Assembly: GCA_964442745.1 (NCBI GenBank)
Contig: CAYUAI010000008.1
Location: 22,337 to 86,336, forward strand
Reading direction: 5' to 3'
Length of the DNA stretch: 64,000 nucleotides
Source of the DNA: an uncultured Chromatiales bacterium
Lineage (GTDB): Bacteria; Pseudomonadota; Gammaproteobacteria; S012-40
Under the pieces are notes generated by a model. The model saw nothing but the letters and a program-made list of their open reading frames with translations. It was not told the DNA's origin and searched no databases. Of this stretch, positions 32,696-43,100 are shown piece by piece (positions within the stretch are counted from its first letter, which is position 1; every line of letters starts with the position of its first letter). A program made the translations under genes and the position numbers.

Positions 32696-32780
32696 AGCCC
32701 ACCCCCCTACAAATTGTTTTTTTTATAATTAGGTTCTTATTATTAATTGCGGGAGAATTGCTTTGATACTGTGACTGTAT

Positions 32781-32868
32781 TGGCGGAGAGGGAGGGATTC
32801 GAACCCCCGGACCGTTTCCGGTCAACGGTTTTCAAGACCGCCGCTTTCGACCACTCAGCCACCTCTCC
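32781..32868 (-). tRNA. tRNA-Ser (anticodon UGA)
   Basis: The reverse complement reads GGAGAGGTGGCTGAGTGGTCGAAAGCGGCGGTCTTGAAAACCG…long variable arm…GGGTTCGAATCCCTCCCTCTCCGCCA. Confidence 0.9.
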
Positions 32869-33195
32869 CGCGCTTATGTTGTGAACACGCCTTTATGCTT
32901 AAAAGGTGCTCATTTTTATTTCCTACAGGGCAAGTATGCCTAATATCGAGTACAAAGATCAAGTACAAATTGTAACTCATTAAACGGGTCTTGAATTACA
33001 GCCATAAAAACCCCATGTTAAGGAATAGGCATGTGCCCGCTGTAAGGTGGCGCATGCTAACATTTTAAAATCGACTTATCTACTGAATTATCAGAGTGTT
33101 GAATTTACTAAGCGAAATGATAGGCTGTGAACTTAGCAAATGGTCATTAGTCTTACTCAATACACTTTGGATATATGAGGATTATTTAGAAAGTT

Positions 33196-33867
33196 ATGAA
33201 CCAAAATGCAAATACAATTACCAACTCTTCTGCTGCTTCGGTATTAAGTACCAATAAAGTTATTCGTAACACCTATACCTTGCTTTCCATAACGTTATTA
33301 TGGAGTGCAGCCATCGCTGGGGCCGGTGTCATGTTTAACTGGTCACACCCCGGCTTAATTTTAACCTTACTCGGATTTTTTGGCCTGTTTTTTTTAACGG
33401 CTAAAATGCGGAATACCGTCTGGGCTTTACCTTCTGTCTTTGCTCTGACAGGTTTTATGGGCTATACCCTAGGGCCAATTATTTCATCTTACCTGAGTCT
33501 GCCCAATGGCGGGCAAGTAGTTATGATGGCCATGGCTGGCACCGGTGCCATCTTTTTAGGCTTGTCAGCCTATGCCTTAACCACACGCAAAGACTTTAGT
33601 TTCATGGGTGGTTTCTTGATGGTTGGCATTTTAGTTGCCTTCCTCGCGGGACTTGGTGCGATTCTGTTCTCAATACCCGGCCTATCACTGGCAGTATCGG
33701 CCATGTTTATATTGCTGATGTCAGGCCTGATTCTATATGAAACCAGCCAAATCATTCATGGTGGCGAAACCAACTATGTCATGGCTACCGTTACCTTATA
33801 CATAACCATTTACAATCTATTTGTTTCTTTATTGGCCATTTTAGGTATTATGGGGAACAATGATTAA
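33196..33867 (+). CDS. Bax-inhibitor-1/YccA-family membrane protein
   Basis: 223 aa with seven hydrophobic helices and the BI-1-type N-terminus (…NTYTLLSITLLWSA…). Confidence 0.7.
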   Translation: MNQNANTITNSSAASVLSTNKVIRNTYTLLSITLLWSAAIAGAGVMFNWSHPGLILTLLGFFGLFFLTAKMRNTVWALPSVFALTGFMGYTLGPIISSYLSLPNGGQVVMMAMAGTGAIFLGLSAYALTTRKDFSFMGGFLMVGILVAFLAGLGAILFSIPGLSLAVSAMFILLMSGLILYETSQIIHGGETNYVMATVTLYITIYNLFVSLLAILGIMGNND

Positions 33868-33893
33868 ATAATACTCATCAGCGCATTAGTAAT

Positions 33894-33923
33894 AAAAAAG
33901 GCCCTGATCAGGGCCTTTTTTAT
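33894..33923. terminator. Bidirectional rho-independent terminator between the convergent BI-1 gene and rlmD
   Basis: AAAAAAGGCCCTGATCAGGGCCTTTTTTATT: GC-rich stem with A- and T-runs on both sides. Confidence 0.8.
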
Positions 33924-35242
33924 TACCGCTCAAAAACAGCCATGGACTCCATATGGGCCGTATGCGGGAACATATCGATTACGCCCACCGAGGTTAAACG
34001 ATAGCCTTGCCTGTGTACAATTTCCGCCGCATCGCGAGCTAAGGTAGCTGGGTTGCAAGACACATAAACCAAACGCTTTGGTTTTAATACACACAGCTGC
34101 TGCGCAACATGTAATGCACCACTTCTTGGCGGATCGATCAGCATTTTATCAAACACCTGCTGGCCCCAAGACACCCCAGAAAAATCTGCCGTTAGGTCAT
34201 GAGTAAAAAATTCGATATTAGTTATCCCATTAGCTTTCGCATTGTGATGCGCTCGCTGTATTAATTGCGCCTCTCCCTCCACCGCGATCACATGGCCAGC
34301 TTTTGTCGCGATAGGCAAACTAAAATTCCCCAAACCACAAAACAATTCCAGAATTCGATCGGTATCATTAGGCGCCAACAACTGCATTGCCTGATCAACC
34401 ATATGGTTATTCATTAACGAGTTGACCTGCGTAAAATCACCGGGTAAAAAATCAAGCTGCACATCAAAATTCGCAATTTTATAACATAATGCAGACGCAT
34501 TGGATGGCCAAAATTGCTGTATTGTTTTCGGCCCCCCTGACTGTAGATAAATCACAAAATGGTGTTGCTCGCTGTAAGCGCGCAATTGTTGCAAATCCTC
34601 ATCGGTTAACGGAGCAAGATGGCGAAAAATCAAGGCGACCTGCTGATCACCAATCGCCATTTCCACTTGAGGAATTTGCTGATAAATAGATAACCGGCGA
34701 ATTAAATCCGCCAAGGCTTGCAGCCCCTGCCCTACCGAAGGATGCAAAACATGGCACTGGCTTATGTCTGCTAAATAACGACCTTGCCTTTCTCTAAAGC
34801 CAACTAATAATTTTTCTTTTTTAAAAACATATTTAACGCCTAAGCGCGCTTTCTGCCGATAACCCCACGACTCACCCAGCAACGGTGGCAAGATTTTTTC
34901 AGGGGTCACATGACCAATACGTTGCAAGTTATTTAATAAAATATCTTGCTTCAAGGTAATTTGCATTGAACTCGACAAGTGTTGCAAACGGCAACCACCA
35001 CACACCCCAAAATGCTCGCATCTAGGGGTCACCCGCTGCTTCGATACCGTTACAATTTCTTTCACTTCCCCCTCATCAAATGACTTCTTCCGGCGCGTGT
35101 AATGAAAACGTACCTGCTCACCAGGTAACACGCCATCAATAAACACCGCTTTGCCATCTCGATGGGCAACCCCTCTCCCATCGTGCGATAATGAATCAAT
35201 TTGGACCAAGAAAAGTTCGTCAGATTGACTTTTTTTATGCAC
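33923..35242 (-). CDS. rlmD: 23S rRNA (uracil1939-C5)-methyltransferase RlmD/RumA
   Basis: TRAM domain, Fe-S cysteine cluster (CEHFGVCGGCRLQH), and a SAM-MTase domain with an LELFCGLGNF-type motif I. Confidence 0.85.
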   Translation of the reverse strand: MHKKSQSDELFLVQIDSLSHDGRGVAHRDGKAVFIDGVLPGEQVRFHYTRRKKSFDEGEVKEIVTVSKQRVTPRCEHFGVCGGCRLQHLSSSMQITLKQDILLNNLQRIGHVTPEKILPPLLGESWGYRQKARLGVKYVFKKEKLLVGFRERQGRYLADISQCHVLHPSVGQGLQALADLIRRLSIYQQIPQVEMAIGDQQVALIFRHLAPLTDEDLQQLRAYSEQHHFVIYLQSGGPKTIQQFWPSNASALCYKIANFDVQLDFLPGDFTQVNSLMNNHMVDQAMQLLAPNDTDRILELFCGLGNFSLPIATKAGHVIAVEGEAQLIQRAHHNAKANGITNIEFFTHDLTADFSGVSWGQQVFDKMLIDPPRSGALHVAQQLCVLKPKRLVYVSCNPATLARDAAEIVHRQGYRLTSVGVIDMFPHTAHMESMAVFER

Positions 35243-35260
35243 GATTAATCACTGCTTTTA

Positions 35261-36043
35261 TCAAACGCTGGCATTCCAATCGGTTAAAAATTCACTCAAA
35301 TGGGGCTTATTTTCTTTCGCTAGATTGTCTTTTAACCGCTGACATTCTACTTGATATTGTGCCTGATCAAGCTGTCCGCGAATGAGCTGAAACCGCAAAA
35401 ATACCAAATAGGTATTAATCACGTCGGTCTCACAATATTCTCGAATACTTTGCAGCTCACCGGCCAAATAAGATTCCCACACTTTAGCGCCACTCATGCC
35501 CATTTTCCCAGGCAAACCTAGCAAACAAGCAATCTCATCCAATGGTGCATTCGCTCTGGGTTGAAAACCCGCCAAAATGTCCATCATATCCATATGTCGC
35601 CAGTGAAATCGACTGAGATAATTATTCCACTTAAAATCACGATTATCCTCCCCCATATCCCAATAGCGTGGCGCGGCAATTCCGTGAATTAAAGATCGAT
35701 AATGCAATACCGGCAAATCAAAACCGGCTCCATTCCAGGAAACCAAGGTTGGCGTATAACGCTGTAATCCCTCAAAAAAACGCTGTACAAGTTCTGTTTC
35801 GTCGGAGTCTAATGTACCCAACGACCAAACTTTGAGTTTGTCGTTTAATCGTAAAACAACAGCAATCGCTATTATTTTATGCAAGTGATGACGCAAAAAC
35901 TCAGAAGAACCAGTTTCTTGCCGTCGTTGATGAAACATCACTTGTGCCACCTCTTCATCTGACAGGCCATGCAATTGACCAAGTCGACGAGCACCCTCTA
36001 CATCAGGTATGGTTTCAATATCAAAAACAAAAATAGGATTCAT
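35261..36043 (-). CDS. Predicted 3'-5' exonuclease (RNase-H-like, PolB-exonuclease-related)
   Basis: Starts FVFDIETIPD, an Exo I DxE motif. 260 aa. Conserved neighbour of cysM/rlmD in pseudomonads. Confidence 0.55.
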   Translation of the reverse strand: MNPIFVFDIETIPDVEGARRLGQLHGLSDEEVAQVMFHQRRQETGSSEFLRHHLHKIIAIAVVLRLNDKLKVWSLGTLDSDETELVQRFFEGLQRYTPTLVSWNGAGFDLPVLHYRSLIHGIAAPRYWDMGEDNRDFKWNNYLSRFHWRHMDMMDILAGFQPRANAPLDEIACLLGLPGKMGMSGAKVWESYLAGELQSIREYCETDVINTYLVFLRFQLIRGQLDQAQYQVECQRLKDNLAKENKPHLSEFLTDWNASV

Positions 36044-36933
36044 TCAGTTGAAAATACATGAGTGGACAAATAACGATCGCCGCGATCGCAAATAATGACA
36101 ACAATGTGGGCATTTTCCAGCATTTTCGATAAAGTTAATGCTGCGGCTACCGCTCCTCCCGAAGAAATGCCCGCAAAAATGCCTTCTTGACTGGCCAGCG
36201 CACGCGTCGTCTGCTCCGCCTGCGGCTGACTAACCTCAATGGTTTGATCAACCCGCCTGGCTTCAAAAATTTTAGGTAAGTAGGCCGCTGGCCAACGCCG
36301 AATACCTGGAATATTCGCCCCCGCTTCAGGCTGCACGCCGACAACTTGGATGGCTGAATTTTGCTCTTTCAAAAAACGAGACGTTCCCATAATCGTCCCG
36401 GTTGTTCCCATGGCGCTCACAAAGTGGGTCACCCGCTGCTGAGTGTCTCGCCAAATTTCAGGGCCAGTCCCCTCATAATGTGCCAATGGATTATCCGGGT
36501 TAGCGAATTGATCCAGTACTTTCCCTTTGCCTTGCGCCTGCATTTGTAAGGCTAAATCTCGAGCACCCTCCATCCCCGCCTCACGACTGACCAAAATAAT
36601 GTTGGCGCCATAGGCATACATGGCACTACGGCGCTCCACACTCATGTGCTCGGGCATGATCAGCGTCATTGTATATCCCTTAATGGCCGCCACCAGCGCC
36701 AATGCAATGCCGGTATTGCCGCTAGTCGCCTCAATTAAAGTATCGCCAGGGCTAATTTCCCCCCTCGCTTCTGCCTGCTTTATCATGCTTAACGCGGGCC
36801 GATCTTTCACCGAACCGGCGGGGTTATTACCCTCTAATTTCACATACACCTGATTATTGGTCTGGCCAGGCAAGCGCTGTAATCTAACCAACGGTGTATT
36901 ACCGACAAATGCATCGATTGTTGGCACACTCAC
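36040..36933 (-). CDS. cysM: Cysteine synthase (CysM/CysK family)
   Basis: PLP-Lys motif [15 protein letters not shown] and Gly-rich loop GNTGIALA. 297 aa. Confidence 0.85.
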   Translation of the reverse strand: MSVPTIDAFVGNTPLVRLQRLPGQTNNQVYVKLEGNNPAGSVKDRPALSMIKQAEARGEISPGDTLIEATSGNTGIALALVAAIKGYTMTLIMPEHMSVERRSAMYAYGANIILVSREAGMEGARDLALQMQAQGKGKVLDQFANPDNPLAHYEGTGPEIWRDTQQRVTHFVSAMGTTGTIMGTSRFLKEQNSAIQVVGVQPEAGANIPGIRRWPAAYLPKIFEARRVDQTIEVSQPQAEQTTRALASQEGIFAGISSGGAVAAALTLSKMLENAHIVVIICDRGDRYLSTHVFSTE

Positions 36934-37832
36934 TGACTGCTACCGAATTGATTACTGGCTTGAAATTTCGCTAAATACTGACCAAATTGCTCACGCAATT
37001 CGCTATGTTTTAAACCGTATTCCACGGTGGCTTTTAAATAACCAAGTTTACTGCCACAATCATAGCGGCTACCCTTAAATTCATAAGCAAACACCGTTTC
37101 GTAATCAAGCAACTGAGCAATCGCATCGGTCAATTGTATTTCTCCACCAGCACCCACCTCAGCATGCTCGAGTAAATCAAAAATTCTTGGTGTTAATACA
37201 TAACGCCCAATCACCGCGAGATCCGACGGTGCTTCAGCGGGCTGCGGTTTTTCCACAATTTGCTGAATTTTGCTCACCCTTTCTGAAAAGGGCGTACAAC
37301 TGACGATGCCATATTTATCGGTTTCTTCACGATTCACGGTTTCCACACCTAAGACACTGCAGCCGGCCTTTTCATAAAACGCATTCATTTGGCTTAAGCA
37401 TGAAGTGCCATGACCATCGACCAAATCATCGGCCAATATCACCGCAAAAGGTTCCTGCCCCACCACATCCTTGGCACATAATACCGCATGCCCTAAACCC
37501 AGCGCTTCAGCTTGACGCACATACACACACGATACCCCTTTGGGTAAAATATCCTGCACGATATCGAGCATCTCTTGCTTACCTTTTTGCGCCAAACGCG
37601 TTTCCAACTCATAATTCTTATCGAAATGATCTTCAATCGCCCGTTTGGTATAGCTGGTGACAAAGATCAGTTGATCACAACCTGCTGCCACCGCTTCTTC
37701 CGCCGCATATTGAATTAACGGCTTGTCAACCACGGGCATCATTTCTTTGGGAGTCGCCTTGGTCGCCGGTAAAAATCGGGTCCCCATACCCGCCACAGGA
37801 AAAACGGCTTTTCTAATCGCTTTGGCCATCAC
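36930..37832 (-). CDS. galU: UTP--glucose-1-phosphate uridylyltransferase
   Basis: [34 protein letters not shown] nucleotidyltransferase signature. Confidence 0.9.
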   Translation of the reverse strand: MMAKAIRKAVFPVAGMGTRFLPATKATPKEMMPVVDKPLIQYAAEEAVAAGCDQLIFVTSYTKRAIEDHFDKNYELETRLAQKGKQEMLDIVQDILPKGVSCVYVRQAEALGLGHAVLCAKDVVGQEPFAVILADDLVDGHGTSCLSQMNAFYEKAGCSVLGVETVNREETDKYGIVSCTPFSERVSKIQQIVEKPQPAEAPSDLAVIGRYVLTPRIFDLLEHAEVGAGGEIQLTDAIAQLLDYETVFAYEFKGSRYDCGSKLGYLKATVEYGLKHSELREQFGQYLAKFQASNQFGSSQ

Positions 37833-37953
37833 TCAATCACCTCATTTTATAAATTATCGATTCAGGTATTCAATAGCGATTTGAATATCCCTTCTTAAAT
37901 CATACATTCTTACTAAAAAACCTACCCACTCAATCGAGAAACCCCCGTCTTGA

Positions 37954-38355
37954 TTAACGATTTTTTACACGTGCGCCCACGAGCACATAACATTCCAGAA
38001 CGGGCAATAATCGTACGATACGCGTTCGCCCCAAGCCAACGGCGCTAGCCACACCAGCGGCATTGGCAAGCATATCGACAAAATCAAACTGGCGGTAGCC
38101 CAATTCGCCTTGGATGATTTCCATGACAACCCCTAGCAAAATAAAGCTCACCAACAAAATCCAGTGAAGTCGTTGCTCACATAATTGCACAAACCACAGA
38201 GTGACCATCATGTACGCAAGAAAATGATACAATTTATCAACGTGGAGAATACTTGGCATGGATGACGTGCCCGGCGAAAGAGAGAGATAAATAATAATGA
38301 AAATTTGAGCAATACCCAGGGCAAACCAAAGCTTATATAATTTTAATTTTTGCAT
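37954..38355 (-). CDS. VanZ-family membrane protein
   Basis: 133 aa with four hydrophobic helices and VanZ-like size and spacing. Confidence 0.45.
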   Translation of the reverse strand: MQKLKLYKLWFALGIAQIFIIIYLSLSPGTSSMPSILHVDKLYHFLAYMMVTLWFVQLCEQRLHWILLVSFILLGVVMEIIQGELGYRQFDFVDMLANAAGVASAVGLGRTRIVRLLPVLECYVLVGARVKNR

Positions 38356-38370
38356 GGCGGTTGAATTAAA

Positions 38371-38916
38371 TTATTCAGACAGCACAGGGCATTTTAATTC
38401 ACCTGATTCCGTTAATTCTTCGATAAAACCAAATTTATCGGGTTGTTCGATACGCTGAGGATATAAGATTCCCTGCAAATGATCGCATTCATGCTGAACA
38501 ACTCGTGCGTGAAAACCCTCCACCGTTCGCTCAATCAGATTCCCTTCCAGATCAAACGCCGTGTAATGAATATGTCGATACCGCGATACTAAACCCCGTA
38601 AACCAGGCACACTTAAACAACCTTCCCAACCCACTTCACGCGCCTCACCGAACGGTTCAATTTGAGGATTGATGAGTATGGTTAATGGAATAGGCGGCAC
38701 CTCAGGGTAACGCAAGTTATGCTCAAAACCAAACATAACAACCTGCTGACTGATACCCACTTGTGGGGCGGCAATACCCGCGCCTTCACAAGCCAGCATG
38801 GTTTCACGCATATCGGCAATCAATCTTTGTAACTCCGGCGTATCAAACTTGCTTATTTTTTCTGCTTTTTGCTGCAATATAGGATGCCCCATCCGTAACA
38901 CGCGCTTAACGGGCAT
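38371..38916 (-). CDS. def: Peptide deformylase
   Basis: [13 protein letters not shown] and HECDHL motifs. Confidence 0.95.
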   Translation of the reverse strand: MPVKRVLRMGHPILQQKAEKISKFDTPELQRLIADMRETMLACEGAGIAAPQVGISQQVVMFGFEHNLRYPEVPPIPLTILINPQIEPFGEAREVGWEGCLSVPGLRGLVSRYRHIHYTAFDLEGNLIERTVEGFHARVVQHECDHLQGILYPQRIEQPDKFGFIEELTESGELKCPVLSE

Positions 38917-39110
38917 AATTTACCTCTCCATCATTTTTACTGGATTCGTACGTTCTATAATATAAGGGAAATTAACCAGTGGGTCACTTCTCTCATTTAA
39001 GAAATATCAATTAAATCTAAATTTTTTGCTAATATTTATTCGTACTAGGTGACAATTATGAGAAAATCTACCCTATCCAATTCACCCTCGGCACTTGTTT
39101 AAATTTAACA

Positions 39111-40028
39111 ATGATATCAAACGCACACAAACAAATACTCACCTTCGGGTTTATCTTACTCTGTCACGCAATATCCCCGTCATTCACTTACGCCGTAGAA
39201 AAAAAATGGTTTCAACTTGAATTGATTGTTTTTAGCAATCACAACCCACAGGACCTCAAGTCAGAGAAATGGCCGCACGATACCAAACAACACCCGATGA
39301 ATAAATATGCAGAAATCACCAAAGACAGAGCAACCGTAAACCAAGCGCTAACGAACAGATTCGCTCCGATTATTTTTCAGGCATTGCCCGAACAACATCT
39401 ATCATTGCAAAAAATCGTGGAAAGACTAAATGATTCAAATGAGTATCAAATTTTATTACATATCGGCTGGCAACAATGGGTGAAAAAACGGCGCAAGTCT
39501 ATCCCTATTTATTTAGATGATGCAAATATCAACCACAGCTATCAACCCATGAATCGAGGATTCTCCACACGTTCCCCAACATCCATTGATAAAAATCGAA
39601 CGGAGCAAAATCAACCAATCCATCCTTACCGAAGCAGGCCGGCAGGCCCACCCGAAATCAACGTTTATGGCATGGTATCATTGCGGCAAAAACGCTTTCT
39701 CCACCTAGCTCTCGATCTATCGCATCGCCGTTACCAGCACATTACCTCAACCACCATCAAAGAAAACATTCAATTTCCCATGGACGCAATACAAACCATA
39801 CCGCGAACCTCACACCCCGACGAACGAAACAATGAGCGACCACAGCTGCTGGAACCTCAAATAACCCAACCGCCATCCTACCACCTCAAAGAGTCTCGCC
39901 GCGTGACAACCAACAAATTACATTATTTCGATCACCCGGCTTTTGGTGTCATTGCCAAAATTACACGCATCAAAGCCCCCTCAGCCCCTGATGAAAACAT
40001 AAATACACCGGAAGGCGTATCACCATAG
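39111..40028 (+). CDS. Secreted hypothetical protein (possibly CsiV/DUF2803-like)
   Basis: Signal peptide followed by WFQLELIVFSN. The rest is polar and low-complexity. No firm family assignment. Confidence 0.35.
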   Translation: MISNAHKQILTFGFILLCHAISPSFTYAVEKKWFQLELIVFSNHNPQDLKSEKWPHDTKQHPMNKYAEITKDRATVNQALTNRFAPIIFQALPEQHLSLQKIVERLNDSNEYQILLHIGWQQWVKKRRKSIPIYLDDANINHSYQPMNRGFSTRSPTSIDKNRTEQNQPIHPYRSRPAGPPEINVYGMVSLRQKRFLHLALDLSHRRYQHITSTTIKENIQFPMDAIQTIPRTSHPDERNNERPQLLEPQITQPPSYHLKESRRVTTNKLHYFDHPAFGVIAKITRIKAPSAPDENINTPEGVSP

Positions 40029-40121
40029 AAGGCCAATAACCCGTCAATACACTGGAATCACATCCATCGGAAAGTAGGGTAATACAAGAGCCATGACCAA
40101 AGTTATTTAATTTCCATGCCT

Positions 40122-40862
40122 TTAAATGTTTGGTATCACGTGAGCTAACAATATACGCACATTTTCCATACTGGCCGACAAATTTTGTTCGATCATTTCC
40201 ATTGTCAAATTTCCAGGGCTACGGCCAGCCGCTAAATTGGCAACGACCGCAATCGTCGCATACTGTATATCCAACTCCCGCGCCAAAGCCGCCTCTGGCA
40301 TCCCCGTCATGCCAACGATGTCACACCCATCGCGCTCCAATCGATTAATTTCTGCAACCGTCTCCAAACGGGGTCCTTGAGTTGCTGCATAAGTCCCCTC
40401 CATTGCCGCCTCAAACTCAAGTGCTTGACAACCCTCAATCAGCACTTGCCTTAGCGAAGCACTATAAGGCTCACTAAAATCAATATGGGTAACGTGTGAT
40501 AAACCTTCTTCAAAAAACGTATTAATCCGTGACCAGGTGTAATCAATAATCTGATCAGGAATCGCCAACCGTTGAGCCACCATATCCGCACGAATCCCAC
40601 CCACCGCCGCCACCGCAATAATATTTTTCACCCCCGCATTGTTAAGCGCCCAAATATTCGCTCGGTAATTAATTTTATGGGGAGGAATCGTATGGCTATA
40701 GCCATGGCGCGGTAAAAATAACACTTCGATACCGGCTAATTCACCGAAAATCAGGGGTGTTGATGGCTCTCCATAGGGCGTTTGTACAATTTCCCGTTTG
40801 GTAATATTTAAATTTTTCAGAGTCGTTAACCCTGTCCCACCTATAATTGCTAATTTACTCAT
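40122..40862 (-). CDS. mtnP: 5'-methylthioadenosine/methylthioinosine phosphorylase (PNP family)
   Basis: KLAIIGGTG N-terminus and the PNP/MTAP fold. Overlaps the HPRT gene by 8 bp. Confidence 0.75.
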   Translation of the reverse strand: MSKLAIIGGTGLTTLKNLNITKREIVQTPYGEPSTPLIFGELAGIEVLFLPRHGYSHTIPPHKINYRANIWALNNAGVKNIIAVAAVGGIRADMVAQRLAIPDQIIDYTWSRINTFFEEGLSHVTHIDFSEPYSASLRQVLIEGCQALEFEAAMEGTYAATQGPRLETVAEINRLERDGCDIVGMTGMPEAALARELDIQYATIAVVANLAAGRSPGNLTMEMIEQNLSASMENVRILLAHVIPNI

Positions 40863-41415
40863 CGTTTTTTTGCGCCGCGTAGATGCCTTTTGCGTTTCTC
40901 AGATAACCCTTGTAATCCATACCATAACCAAAAACATATCGGTCCGGTACGCTTAATCCAATAAAATTCGCATTCGCTACTCCTTGCTTTCTTTCATGTG
41001 ATTTGTTGATAAGCACCGCACTATACACTTCTTTTGCCTGGCTATTCCGGCAATAAGCTAAAATCGAAGCAAGTGTTAAACCTTCATCCAAGATATCATC
41101 AATCACTAAAACGACACGATCTTTTAAGCTATGTTTTGGTTTAGCCACCCACTCTAATTCATTCCCTTGCGTTAAATTTCCATACCGTGTCGCATGTACA
41201 TAATCGAGTTGCAGGGGAAAATTTAAGTGCAATAACAACTGCCCAGTAGGAATTAAACCACCAGTCATGACACACAGCACCAAAGGGTTTTTCTCTGCCA
41301 TATGTTCCGTAATCTCCGATGCCATGCATTGAATCGCCTCTTCGACTTGCTGCTGACTATATAAACGGTCTGCTCGATCAAACACCTGCATCGCTTGTTT
41401 CCCAGTCACCGACAT
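40855..41415 (-). CDS. hpt: Hypoxanthine-guanine phosphoribosyltransferase
   Basis: PRPP-binding motif VVLVIDDILDEGLTL. 186 aa. Confidence 0.85.
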   Translation of the reverse strand: MSVTGKQAMQVFDRADRLYSQQQVEEAIQCMASEITEHMAEKNPLVLCVMTGGLIPTGQLLLHLNFPLQLDYVHATRYGNLTQGNELEWVAKPKHSLKDRVVLVIDDILDEGLTLASILAYCRNSQAKEVYSAVLINKSHERKQGVANANFIGLSVPDRYVFGYGMDYKGYLRNAKGIYAAQKNDE

Positions 41416-41521
41416 CCCCCCTCCTTATTCTCAATATCAAATGCTTTCATTGTTTATTTTACCGCACTCGGCGTGTCAGGCGAGCCAACTGAAGTCATCA
41501 AAATATGCCGTCTACCGTGCA

Positions 41522-41905
41522 TTAATACGTGAAAGTGACCGTATCATCATCCATCGCTTCGCTGATCACATAGGCCCCCCCGACCGTCTCTTCCACTTCA
41601 GGGATTAAATCATCCCCCCAAAGATCCAGTGTCGGCGTGCATACTTTAAATTTAACACCGGCTTCGTGCGCATCCTTGATGAAATCATAAACACTCTTAG
41701 GACTCCCGGCTTGCACGTATAAATTTTCAGCGACCCCTTTTTTTGCTAACTCACCCGCTCGCCCGGTTAACACCACCTCAACCTCAAATTCCATGGCGGC
41801 GGCCACCGTTGCCTGAAAAAAAGGAGCACCTAACTCAGAAGGATTTTTCGGATCCGTGTTTACCATAATAATTAAAAGCTTATCAGCCATATATTTACTC
41901 TCCAA
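41522..41905 (-). CDS. DsrE/DsrF-like (YchN-fold) sulfur-relay-type protein
   Basis: ~120 aa with KLLIIMVNTDP…VEVVLTGRAGELA…KFKVCTPT. The conserved Cys is in the DsrE-like position. Confidence 0.55.
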   Translation of the reverse strand: MESKYMADKLLIIMVNTDPKNPSELGAPFFQATVAAAMEFEVEVVLTGRAGELAKKGVAENLYVQAGSPKSVYDFIKDAHEAGVKFKVCTPTLDLWGDDLIPEVEETVGGAYVISEAMDDDTVTFTY

Positions 41906-42393
41906 ATACTTATCAAATTAAATCTATGTTCACAATCAATATGGCAAAAACAATCACTAAAAGATCAACAAAAAACCATAATTTGTAACTTCGCGAAGTA
42001 TATACCATAAATGAATACACCAACACACAACTTCAAGCCTTTTCTGGGTGATTTTCAATCACCTCAAAAATCACGATAATTCTGCTAATATAGCATAGCT
42101 TTCATCCAGCCATTTTTTTGAACAAATTTTATGGAGCAGCACCACATCTGACGAGATAGCCCATTGATAAAAATCACTTTAAAAATTAACACCCTAAAAT
42201 AAAAAACACCTCAAGACTTGAAATGACTCCCAACCAAGCACGGATGAGTGAGTAACCACCCGCTATTGCCGAAAAATAAATCATTTTCGCCAAAATGTGA
42301 TTAATTTGTGAAACTCTGTCGATATACTGGTATCGACTCACTGGAAAAGTCACCCAATTTATCGCTCACCAGCTCGCTGTAAGGAATGTCAAA

Positions 42394-43095
42394 ATGACAA
42401 AAAACGTCTTAGTCATTGAAGATAATGAAGACATCGCTGATGTTGTCTCACTGCATTTAAAAGATCTGCCATGTGCCGTTAAACATGCCGCCGATGGAAT
42501 CACCGGCTATCAATTGGCACAAACCAACAAATATGATTTAGTGATACTTGATCTGATGTTACCCGGCATGGAAGGGTTGGAGATTTGTAAACGTTTGAGA
42601 GCTCAACCCAATTATACGCCGATATTAATGCTCACCTCCAAGTCATCTGAAATTGATCGCGTTTTAGGTTTAGAAATGGGTGCCGATGACTATCTAACAA
42701 AACCATTCAGTGTTCGCGAGTTATTAGCTCGCGTCAAAGCCTTGTTCCGCCGCATGGATGTTTTTAGCGACACCAAGCAAAACAAAAGAACCTCCATTGA
42801 ACGCGCCAGCATTCGCATTGATTTTGAAAAACGCACCGTATTTATTGCTGAAAAAATGATTGACCTGACCGTCAAAGAATTTGATTTACTGGTGCAATTT
42901 ATTGAAAATCCAGGCCGGGTCTATACGCGAACTCAGTTATTAGATTTAGTGTGGGGATACGGACATGAAGGATACGAACATACCGTCAATTCTCACATTA
43001 ATCGTTTACGAAATAAAATAGAAAATAATCCAGCCAAACCTCAATATATTTTAACCGTGTGGGGACTCGGTTATAAATTTAACGATACGCTTTAA
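42394..43095 (+). CDS. OmpR-family response regulator
   Basis: REC domain (VLVIEDNEDI…DLVILDLMLPGM…) plus a winged-helix DNA-binding domain (…ILTVWGLGYKF). Confidence 0.9.
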   Translation: MTKNVLVIEDNEDIADVVSLHLKDLPCAVKHAADGITGYQLAQTNKYDLVILDLMLPGMEGLEICKRLRAQPNYTPILMLTSKSSEIDRVLGLEMGADDYLTKPFSVRELLARVKALFRRMDVFSDTKQNKRTSIERASIRIDFEKRTVFIAEKMIDLTVKEFDLLVQFIENPGRVYTRTQLLDLVWGYGHEGYEHTVNSHINRLRNKIENNPAKPQYILTVWGLGYKFNDTL

Positions 43096-43100
43096 TAACC